A stretch of 32,000 bases of DNA, from positions 150,001 through 182,000 of the forward strand of contig NC_010296.1 in assembly GCF_000010625.1 (NCBI RefSeq), read 5' to 3'. Shown here piece after piece: positions 25,244-32,000 of this stretch (within the stretch, counting starts at the first letter, position 1; each line of letters begins with the position of its first letter). The notes below the pieces were generated by a model that saw only the letters and a program-made list of their open reading frames with translations, did not search any database and was not told where the DNA came from. A program made the position numbers and the translations under genes. This stretch comes from Microcystis aeruginosa NIES-843 (GTDB lineage: Bacteria; Cyanobacteriota; Cyanobacteriia; Cyanobacteriales; Microcystaceae).

Positions 25244-25459
25244 TTAAGGTTCTATCCCATATCTTTTATCCACCTCAGCTGCGGTAATAGTCGCTCTTCC
25301 TTGTAATCTTTTTTGTTTGATTTCTAATAACTTTTGTTGAAAAGATTCTTTAACTTGTTTTCCCTTATCCGGATCACCGAAGTACTCATCTAGAGTATCA
25401 TCTACTGTATTACGGATTAAACTTTGTAACTCTTGGGGAGTCATGTCTTTTATCTGCAT
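25244..25459 (-). CDS. putative cognate antitoxin (71 aa)
   Basis: Its stop is directly adjacent to the toxin ATG. It is a small charged helical protein in the position of a type II antitoxin. Confidence 0.6.
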   Translation of the reverse strand: MQIKDMTPQELQSLIRNTVDDTLDEYFGDPDKGKQVKESFQQKLLEIKQKRLQGRATITAAEVDKRYGIEP

Positions 25460-25498
25460 ATTTTCTCTAATTAAAAATTAGAAACATACTCAAGAAAC

Positions 25499-25527
25499 AT
25501 TGTAACAAATTGCCGAGGAAACGTAAA
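25499..25527 (-). promoter_or_regulatory. candidate sigma70-type promoter of the antitoxin-toxin pair
   Basis: The minus strand reads TTTACG-N17-TACAAT, about 40 nt upstream of ATG 25459. The direct repeats ATGTTTCT-N5-ATGTTTCT lie just downstream. Confidence 0.3.
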
Positions 25528-25581
25528 GGACAAGGAATATAGTCGGGAATAGGGCTAGGATTCATGCTTCTAAGGGTGAAA

Positions 25582-25944
25582 TTAATCCTCTTTTAACCGA
25601 TTTAATCCTTGTGCCTTTTTTAACAAGTTTATTTGATAAATTTGCATCAATGACCAAAGTTCCCTATTTTCAAAGGTTGATAAATCCCTCTCTTGTTGTT
25701 GATTGAGCAACTCGCTTAATTTTTGATCCTGTTCCGATGCCATTTGTAATTGAGTTAATTTGATAATTTCTTCATCTGATAATGAATTTAGGGATGAGAT
25801 TTTTTCGCCTTGATAATTGGGACTAATAGAAAAAGCGATCGCTTCTACTAAGATATCATTAAGATCACGGTTAATTGAATGGGCTAAGGATTGAGCTAGA
25901 TTAAAAATCTCATCAGGTAGGGTTAAAGTAATTGAAATGGCCAT
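25582..25944 (-). CDS. orphan antitoxin-like protein (120 aa, N-terminal RHH-like 'ISITLTLPDEIFNLAQSLA')
   Basis: The N-terminal beta-strand and helix pattern resembles ribbon-helix-helix antitoxins. No toxin ORF lies downstream. Confidence 0.4.
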   Translation of the reverse strand: MAISITLTLPDEIFNLAQSLAHSINRDLNDILVEAIAFSISPNYQGEKISSLNSLSDEEIIKLTQLQMASEQDQKLSELLNQQQERDLSTFENRELWSLMQIYQINLLKKAQGLNRLKED

Positions 25945-26015
25945 AAGCCTTTTTTATGTGGGGTTATAGAGATATTATGATTATAGCTCAAATTCTTGTT
26001 ACCCATAGGGATAAA

Positions 26016-26067
26016 CTGGTTCAAAAGTAACAAAATAGCTCCTTTAAGCTTCTTTTATCAACCTCAG
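26016..26067 (-). pseudogene. ~50-bp fossil of a toxin-start/antitoxin-stop junction
   Basis: 'ctggttcaaaagtaacaaaatagctcctttaag..cttttatcaacctcag' aligns to 25211-25268 of the intact pair. The toxin ATG is changed to AGG and there is a 9-nt gap. Confidence 0.45.
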
Positions 26068-26093
26068 ATTTCCAGGCAAGATTTACCGATAAC

Positions 26094-26435
26094 TTAACTC
26101 ACAGCAAACCCTGTTAACTTACGAGTTTCCAGATCGTAAAAAGCTAAAACTATATCTTCTTTAGAAATACCCTCCCTTAATAATTCCGTAGCGATACCTT
26201 CCTCAGTCCAATCCTCCTCAATATAAATCTTCTCATTTTTAATCCTAATATGGACTTGAATATTCCTGATTTTTTTCTTGCCTTCCCAACCCATAAAAAG
26301 CCAAAAATACTGATCATGTATCTCATCAAAAACCAGACAACTTTCTTGATCTAAATTAGCAGAACCAGAAACCCATTCGTGATATTCTGTTAATACTTTT
26401 TTAATGGCATTGCGATATTTTTCTAGTCTATCCAT
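26094..26435 (-). CDS. xisI: XisI-family protein
   Basis: 'MDRLEKYRNAIKKVLTEYHEW' and 'IYIEEDWTEEGIATELLREGISKEDIVLAF' are typical of XisI. I prefer ATG 26435 over the TTG at 26441. Confidence 0.85.
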   Translation of the reverse strand: MDRLEKYRNAIKKVLTEYHEWVSGSANLDQESCLVFDEIHDQYFWLFMGWEGKKKIRNIQVHIRIKNEKIYIEEDWTEEGIATELLREGISKEDIVLAFYDLETRKLTGFAVS

Positions 26436-26437
26436 TG

Positions 26438-26838
26438 TCAAATTTTCTCCTTTTCCATCTCAACAACCAGCAAAAGTAATTGATTTATTTTCAGAATATC
26501 CTGAATTGATTCTCGTTGGAAAAAATTTTCATAAATGCTGTCTTTAATGGCTAGATAAATTTGATATTCTGGTTCGGTAAGACTGATTAAATTTCGATAT
26601 AAAATATACTGTCCTAAAGCTATTTCAAAATCTCTCATAGGTGAGGGACTTAAAAAGCTTTTGATTTCCACAACAATTTTACGTCCATTTCTTTCAGCAG
26701 CCAAAGGTTTTTCTGCTGCTAAATCAGCAAAAATTCAACATCTTTATATTTAATTTTATAAGGATCAGCTAAAATACTCCAACCGTCTTTAATTAAGGCA
26801 TTTTTCACGGCTTCATGGTAAATATCTTTTGCTGGCAT
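26438..26838 (-). pseudogene. xisH: XisH-family gene disrupted by a -1 frameshift
   Basis: An N-terminal piece, MPAKDIYHEAVKNALIKDGWSILADPYKIKYKDVE, starts at ATG 26838 and stops at 26719-26721. The C-terminal piece, FADLAAEKPLAAERNGRKIVVEIKSF.., is in another frame. The junction is at the T5 run 26729-26733. Confidence 0.8.
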
Positions 26839-26867
26839 GGTTCTAAAAAAGTAATTTCATTAGTTAT

Positions 26868-26945
26868 ATTTAATTTTATTAACAATCCTAAGTCTGATAA
26901 AATCGGTGATCAAATTTAAATCAGTTATCGAGTCTGGTTGAAATT
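26868..26945 (-). pseudogene. fragment of a RelE/ParE toxin gene (codons ~7-31 only)
   Basis: It translates as FQPDSITDLNLITDFIRLRIVNKIK, compared with FEPESITDLDLISDFIRLRILNKLR in the 61-aa toxin. The 5' end is replaced by a MITE. Confidence 0.6.
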
Positions 26946-26954
26946 TAATTTTTG

Positions 26955-27075
26955 TTGATTCCCCCCTTAATAAGGGTGCTGATCCCCCCTTATTAAGGTA
27001 GGGTTAATTCATGAATTAACCCTACCTTGGGGGGTGCTGATCCCCCCTTCCCCCCTTGATAAGGGGGGTGTTGAT
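26955..27075. mobile_element. MITE-like element, copy 2
   Basis: It has the same subunits ('ccccccttaataaggg', 'gggggtgctgatcccccc', 'ccccccttgataagggggg') and a central 30-nt perfect palindrome, ggtagggttaattca|tgaattaaccctacc, at 26997-27026. Confidence 0.6.
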
Positions 27076-27125
27076 CGCTGGGAGGATCTGAATTAAAACC
27101 CACTTACTTAGGGGAGAATTGTTGA

Positions 27126-28331
27126 TTACTTCCCTCTAGTTTTTTCAGCCCAAACTTTGCTGGGTAATCCCCAAACATAGATGAAACCTTCGGCAGCTTT
27201 ATGATCAAATTGATCCTCGGCCCCGTAGGTAGCTAAATCGGGAGAATAGATAGAATTGACTGACTGACGACCGACCACTTTAGCGTTACCTTTAAACAGT
27301 TTGACTCGCACCGATCCCGTTACCTGTTCTTGGGTTTTGAGGATAAAAGCATCGATCGCTTCCTTTAAGGGACTGTACCACAATCCTTTATAAATTAACT
27401 GTCCGTAGGTATCTTCAATTCCCCGTTTATATTGGGTAACATCTCCAGTTAAAGTCAAACTTTCTAGGTCTCGGTGAGCATCAATTAAAACTAATAAAGC
27501 CGGGGCCTCGTAAATTTCTCGGGATTTAATTCCCACTACCCGGTTTTCGATCATATCTAACCGACCAACACCGTGTTTACCCACTAGGTCATTTAATTGA
27601 CTAATTAGCGTGACAGGAGCGAGATTTTCTCCGTTTAAACTGACAGGAATCCCCTGATTAAAACCAATATCGACGTATTCCGGCTCGTTGGGAGTATCGG
27701 CGATCGCTTTGGTCATTAAATAGATTTCTTCCGGGGGTTCCGTCATCGGATCTTCCAAAGGACCGGCTTCAATACTGCGCCCCAACAGGTTACGATCGAT
27801 ACTAAAGGGTGAGGATTTTTTCACGGGAGACTCAATCCCGAATTTTTCCCCGTAGGCGATGGTTTCTTCCCGGCTCATGCCCCATTCCCTGGCGGGAGCG
27901 AGAACTTTTAAGCTAGGATTGAGGGCCATAATGCCCACATCAAAACGCACCTGATCGTTACCTTTGCCGGTGCAGCCGTGAGAGACGGCATCGGCCCCGT
28001 ATTTCTCGGCGGCCTCTACTAATAATTTAGCGATTAAAGGACGAGCCAGGGCGGTAGAAAGGGGATAACGATTTTCGTACAGGGCATTAGCTTGAATTGA
28101 GGGAAAAGCGTATTCTTTGACGAATTCTTCCTGGGCATTGACGACTAAGGATTCGATCGCTCCGCAGCGCAGAGCCTTTTCTTGAATTGGTCCCAATTCG
28201 TCTCCCTGTCCTAAATCGGCGGCTAGGGTAATCACTTCTTCTACTCCCCATTCCTGTTTGAGATAGGGAATACAGACGGAAGTATCGACTCCTCCGGAAT
28301 AAGCTAAAACCACTCTCTTGGCGCGTCCCAT
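27126..28331 (-). CDS. argG: argininosuccinate synthase
   Basis: '[13 protein letters not shown]' ATP-binding motif, '[13 protein letters not shown]', and full-length family resemblance over 401 aa. Confidence 0.97.
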   Translation of the reverse strand: MGRAKRVVLAYSGGVDTSVCIPYLKQEWGVEEVITLAADLGQGDELGPIQEKALRCGAIESLVVNAQEEFVKEYAFPSIQANALYENRYPLSTALARPLIAKLLVEAAEKYGADAVSHGCTGKGNDQVRFDVGIMALNPSLKVLAPAREWGMSREETIAYGEKFGIESPVKKSSPFSIDRNLLGRSIEAGPLEDPMTEPPEEIYLMTKAIADTPNEPEYVDIGFNQGIPVSLNGENLAPVTLISQLNDLVGKHGVGRLDMIENRVVGIKSREIYEAPALLVLIDAHRDLESLTLTGDVTQYKRGIEDTYGQLIYKGLWYSPLKEAIDAFILKTQEQVTGSVRVKLFKGNAKVVGRQSVNSIYSPDLATYGAEDQFDHKAAEGFIYVWGLPSKVWAEKTRGK

Positions 28332-28493
28332 AATTTTTTCACCTAAAAACGACTAATTGATTACTCTTTTAAGTTTATTATATATCCTGGGGATTTGATG
28401 CTTCTTTTTTAATGCTTTTTTGTTTAGTTTTTGATGAAGAAAAGGAATAGGAAGTCACGAGCAAAGAGCCAAAACTAAACGGGCAACCAGCCG

Positions 28494-30485
28494 CTATTTA
28501 CGTTTACTAGCAGGACGACGGGAGGATTTTTTCGGAGCGGTATTTTTGGGATTATCGTTAGTTTTATCTTTAAATATTGGAATAGTAAAATGAAACTGAC
28601 TGCCGTTATTTTTGCCCCTCGATTCTGCCCAAATTTCGCCGCCCCAACCATTGACGATCTGACGACAGATAGCCAGTCCTAAACCGGTTCCCCCGGCACT
28701 GCGTCGCAGGGCCCCTTCCTCTTGGTAAAAGCGATCAAAAACCTGTTCTAAACGATTGGGTTCGATCCCGCGTCCGGTGTCAGAAATGGTTACTTCTAGA
28801 GTTTTTGGCTTTCCCAAAGCGACTTCGATCGAGACATTTCCCTCCCGTCCAGTAAACTTACAGGCATTATCGAGAAGTTTGGAGAGTAATTCCACTAACC
28901 ACTCGCCATCGGCTAAAACAAAGGGCAGATTAGGGGGGACAAGATTGCTAATTTTTGGGTTTTCGTTGTCGAGATTGCGGGCGTGAACATGACTGATGGC
29001 TAATTCCACACATTCCGATAAGGATAAAGCTTCAGGATTCCAATTAACCCGGCCACTTTCTAACCTGGAAAGAGTTAAAAAATCTTGGATTAATTTACGC
29101 ATTCGTTCCGCATCTTTCAGGGCAGTATCAAGCATAATTTGGCGTATTTCCGCCGGCATATCCGGTTCCGAGGCCAAACTTTCTAGACAGACTTGAATGG
29201 TGGACAGGGGGGTGCGTAATTCGTGGCCGGTAATGGCGACTAAATTAGAACGAGTGCGATCGAGGGCGGCTAATTGTTCATTTAAATCCTGTAAATTAGC
29301 GTAGGCTTCTGCTTGAATGAGGGCGACTCCGATTTGAGTGGCCACCGCGTCCACCAGGGCGACATCCTCGCTTTTCCAAGTGGTGGTATAGGGTCCACAG
29401 TGATGCAGTTCCAACATTCCCAAGAGACGACTTTGGTAAAAAATCGGTACTAATAACCAGGAATAGATGGAACATTCCCGCACCAGATTTTGAATGGAAT
29501 CGCCGGGGAGACGGGGATCGTGAATAGCGTCTTCAATTTTCAGGGATTCTCTCAATTCCAGCGCTTCCTGAAAAAGAGGATTATTTTTCAGAGGCCATTT
29601 TTGTCCTTTGATGGAACTAATGCCGGAGTTTAAAAATTCGTGTTCGATGGTGGCGTTAATGTCGGCTTCCTTACAACGATAGACCACGCAGCGACAGACT
29701 CCCAATCCCTGCCCCAATTTCTGCACTGCCACCTGTAGGATAGCTTCCGGATCGAGGGAACGACGGATCGAGGCTGTCACCGAGTTGATCAGTCTTTCCT
29801 TGTGTTCTTTCGATGCCAAGGAACGATTGGCTTTCAGCAGTTTATACTGTCCCGCTTGCAAATAAGTGACCAATCGCTGGACAAAGGGATTTGGTTCCTC
29901 TTGATGATCCCTGTCCTTCAGTTCACAGATCAGGTATTCTTCTTGAGCGCGCCTAATTTTCTCCGCTAGTTCGGGACGATAATCGAGAATATGATTTAAA
30001 AGAATTTGCGCGGCCTGTTGACTCACATGGCGATCACTCGTCCAAATCCCCTCAAAACGGCGATTATTATCCATAGCTGCCCCATTTTCCCCCTCTGCTG
30101 TCAGATGGGTTCGTTCCCGACAGATTAAACAACTAGCATAATGGCCACCGATAACCACTAGATGCCATTCTTGGGCTAAACTGTCCTCCGGTTGAAAAGC
30201 GATCGTCTCGTAAATGTCGGAACTATGCTTAAAATCGGTTTCTGGGGCCGACAAAACATAAACTTGCCCGCTTTTGTGGGCAATGCGTCGATAGCGATGG
30301 GCCTCTTGACGATAAAAGCGCTCACGCTGAAAACTGGCAATCACTAACGGTTGATCGTCTTCCGCTAAAACCTGATCCTCCATGGCGTGGGATAGCGCGG
30401 TCAGGGATGCTTTGAAGTACATCTGCGATCGCCATTGGGGGAGTAACTGCAACAGTTCTGTTAAAACAGAAGTTGATCTGCTCAT
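28494..30485 (-). CDS. sensor histidine kinase, soluble, with DICT-like, GAF, HisKA and HATPase_c domains
   Basis: H-box 'ITGHELRTPLS', 'SDTGRGI' and 'GTGLGLAICRQIV'. The N-terminal 'PLVIASFQRERFYRQEAHRYRRIA' is DICT-like. A central GAF-like region is present, and the C-terminus is a Lys/Arg-rich tail. Confidence 0.88.
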   Translation of the reverse strand: MSRSTSVLTELLQLLPQWRSQMYFKASLTALSHAMEDQVLAEDDQPLVIASFQRERFYRQEAHRYRRIAHKSGQVYVLSAPETDFKHSSDIYETIAFQPEDSLAQEWHLVVIGGHYASCLICRERTHLTAEGENGAAMDNNRRFEGIWTSDRHVSQQAAQILLNHILDYRPELAEKIRRAQEEYLICELKDRDHQEEPNPFVQRLVTYLQAGQYKLLKANRSLASKEHKERLINSVTASIRRSLDPEAILQVAVQKLGQGLGVCRCVVYRCKEADINATIEHEFLNSGISSIKGQKWPLKNNPLFQEALELRESLKIEDAIHDPRLPGDSIQNLVRECSIYSWLLVPIFYQSRLLGMLELHHCGPYTTTWKSEDVALVDAVATQIGVALIQAEAYANLQDLNEQLAALDRTRSNLVAITGHELRTPLSTIQVCLESLASEPDMPAEIRQIMLDTALKDAERMRKLIQDFLTLSRLESGRVNWNPEALSLSECVELAISHVHARNLDNENPKISNLVPPNLPFVLADGEWLVELLSKLLDNACKFTGREGNVSIEVALGKPKTLEVTISDTGRGIEPNRLEQVFDRFYQEEGALRRSAGGTGLGLAICRQIVNGWGGEIWAESRGKNNGSQFHFTIPIFKDKTNDNPKNTAPKKSSRRPASKRK

Positions 30486-30802
30486 CGATGATCTGTCTCG
30501 AGTCGGGTGTGACTAGCAAGCGCAATAGAGGGAACTGGCAATTTCTACCTCGACCCTATCCTACACGCTCAAGGGGACAAGAGGTGAGATTGTGACGGCA
30601 AGAAATTTAAACCGAGTGATGCCAAAAGTGAGCGAAATTATTCTAGCTAACTAGATGTTGCTGAATAAATCTAAACCTTGTTGGGTAAGACTTTTAGACT
30701 TTTGGGAAACCAAAAAGTACCCGCCATTGGAGGGATCGGGGGGAAATTTTAGGGACTTTTTCCCTGAAAATTAGGTAATTTATCAGATGAAAAGGGGTAA
30801 AA

Positions 30803-30868
30803 CCCTACACCCTACACCCTACACCCTACACCCTGCCCCCACGAGAAACTTTTTGCCGCAAACCCTAA
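30803..30868. repeat. composite-element right end: (CCCTACA)4 array plus anchor AAACTTTTTGCCGCAAACCCTAA
   Basis: Read directly from the sequence. The anchor end abuts the stop codon (30869-30871) of the 44-aa gene. Confidence 0.75.
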
Positions 30869-31003
30869 CTAGATGTAGGCGACTTTCATTGCCCAAAGGA
30901 TCAGAGCAATAATACTACCGATAACGATAATGGACGATATCGCCACTACTGCCGGTTTATCGGCCCCCTCGAATTTCATGATGCCACGATTTAAGTCTGA
31001 CAT
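30869..31003 (-). CDS. 44-aa single-pass membrane protein, not in the ORF track (MSDLNRGIMKFEGADKPAVVAISSIIVIGSIIALILWAMKVAYI)
   Basis: ATG 31003 has AAGGAG ~9 nt upstream. There is one clear TM helix and a TAG stop. The family is not recognised. Confidence 0.6.
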   Translation of the reverse strand: MSDLNRGIMKFEGADKPAVVAISSIIVIGSIIALILWAMKVAYI

Positions 31004-31085
31004 TGCCCTTAACTCCTTTTCATGAGATGGATGTAGAAAGTATGAGACACTTTAGGATCATAAATTAGCGAACTCTCATCTATCC

Positions 31086-32000
31086 GTGTTATTAGAAATT
31101 GGTATCATTCGGCTGTCTTTAATCATTCTAGGCGTTCTTTTCGCCCTTGCCCTTTTCCTTGAGGCTATTTTAAGAATTGTCTTCGGGTTCGGTAATCCGC
31201 TTATTTACGAAGCTGATGCCGAAATTGGCTATCTTTTGGCTCCTAATCAACAAATACGCCGGTTTTCTAATCTTATCGCCGTTAATCAGTATTCGATGCG
31301 GAGCGAGCCGATTACAACCCAACGGCCCCCGGAGACGACGAGAATCATGTTAATCGGTGATTCGATCGCTAATGGCTCCTGGTGGACAGATCAAAAAGAG
31401 ACCATTGCTGCTTTAATCGCCAAAAATTTAGGCCAGAATCTGACGGGTTCAGTGCAGGTTCTCAATGCTTCGGCTAATTCTTGGGGACCGCGCAATCAAT
31501 CGGCCTATCTGCGACGTTTCGGCACCTTTGAATCCCAGGTGATTGTGTTATTAATGAACACCGATGATCTGTTCGCTTTAGCTCCTAGTTCGGCGGTGGT
31601 GGGACGAGAAATTAATTATCCCGCTCGCCGGCCGGCTTTAGCTTTAATCGAGTTGTACGATCGATATTTTAAGCGCTATCCTCCCTTGCCACTGGTGCAA
31701 GAAGGAGGCGATCGAGTGGGCAATAATTTAACCGCTCTTGCCCAAATTCAAGCCCTTGCTCAGGCTAATCAAGCCCGTTTAATTATCGCTATTACTCCCC
31801 TCATTCGCGAAGCTCAAAAACAGGGGCGAGATTATGAATTAAAAGCCCGTCAAAGACTAGCGGATTTCACCAGCAACCAGCAGATTTTTTATCTAGATTT
31901 TCTGCCCATTTTTCAAGCCCATCCCAATCCCGATTCCCTCTATATCGATAATATTCATCTCAGTGGAGACGGTAACGAGTTAATTAGTCAAAAACTGACC
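31086..32000 (+). CDS. SGNH/GDSL-family hydrolase, 3'-partial and not in the ORF track
   Basis: The frame is open from 31056 to the window end. GTG 31086 is the first start codon. An N-terminal TM segment is followed by block I 'MLIGDSIANG' and block V 'DNIHLS' (DxxH). Confidence 0.78.
   Translation, partial: MLLEIGIIRLSLIILGVLFALALFLEAILRIVFGFGNPLIYEADAEIGYLLAPNQQIRRFSNLIAVNQYSMRSEPITTQRPPETTRIMLIGDSIANGSWWTDQKETIAALIAKNLGQNLTGSVQVLNASANSWGPRNQSAYLRRFGTFESQVIVLLMNTDDLFALAPSSAVVGREINYPARRPALALIELYDRYFKRYPPLPLVQEGGDRVGNNLTALAQIQALAQANQARLIIAITPLIREAQKQGRDYELKARQRLADFTSNQQIFYLDFLPIFQAHPNPDSLYIDNIHLSGDGNELISQKLT

Noticed and set aside
28377-28405. TATAAT-like hexamer ~45 nt upstream of argG, considered as a promoter
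   Set aside because: No acceptable -35 element lies at 16-18 nt, and AT-rich spacers contain many such hexamers by chance.
30654-30770. 38-aa plus-strand ORF (MLLNKSKPCWVRLLDFWETKKYPPLEGSGGNFRDFFPEN) upstream of the histidine kinase
   Set aside because: It has no SD. It starts within a motif ('ttgctgaataaat') shared with the repeat remnant at 13459-13471, so it is probably repeat-derived rather than coding.
1-32000. Search for tRNA, rRNA, tmRNA, RNase P RNA, riboswitches and transposase/integrase genes
   Set aside because: Intergenic regions are short and largely accounted for by repeats. I recognised no cloverleaf-like or known ncRNA signature and no transposase-like ORF. A covariance-model scan (Infernal/Rfam, tRNAscan-SE) would be needed to be definitive.

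Overview
This is a chromosomal segment of a cyanobacterium. The HIP1 octamer GCGATCGC recurs at least a dozen times, and ntcA, ccsA, ftsH and menF are present. The heptamer-repeat-rich, toxin-antitoxin-rich architecture looks Microcystis-like, which is inference only. Core genes are fabI, ntcA, a DUF3084 protein, ccsA, ftsH, a TxlA-like thioredoxin, a NIL-ferredoxin, menF, a co-directional ALDH / Ig-beta-propeller / TIGR03943 / COG0701-permease string, larE, argG and a DICT-GAF histidine kinase. Three genes are missing or shortened in the ORF track: a TPR protein open to the 5' edge, an SGNH hydrolase running off the 3' edge, and a 44-aa membrane protein. Accessory content falls into four groups. 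(i) A co-directional block of Ser/Thr kinase, DUF815 P-loop ATPase and two tandem Uma2 (DUF820) nuclease genes; the two Uma2 copies are ~99% identical except for an 81-nt swapped patch. (ii) A ~2.7-kb decaying toxin-antitoxin/XisHI islet between larE and argG. (iii) Two copies of a G/C-hairpin MITE, each abutting a truncated toxin gene and the 3' end of a housekeeping gene. (iv) A family of inverted-repeat-bounded intergenic elements filled with heptamer/octamer tandem arrays; two copies form a 38-bp perfect inverted repeat around a single aspartoacylase-family gene. No rRNA, tRNA, CRISPR array or transposase gene was recognised. I do not see a compelling complete novel multi-gene system. The kinase-ATPase-nuclease block, the mosaic Uma2 pair and the repeat-element family are the best leads.
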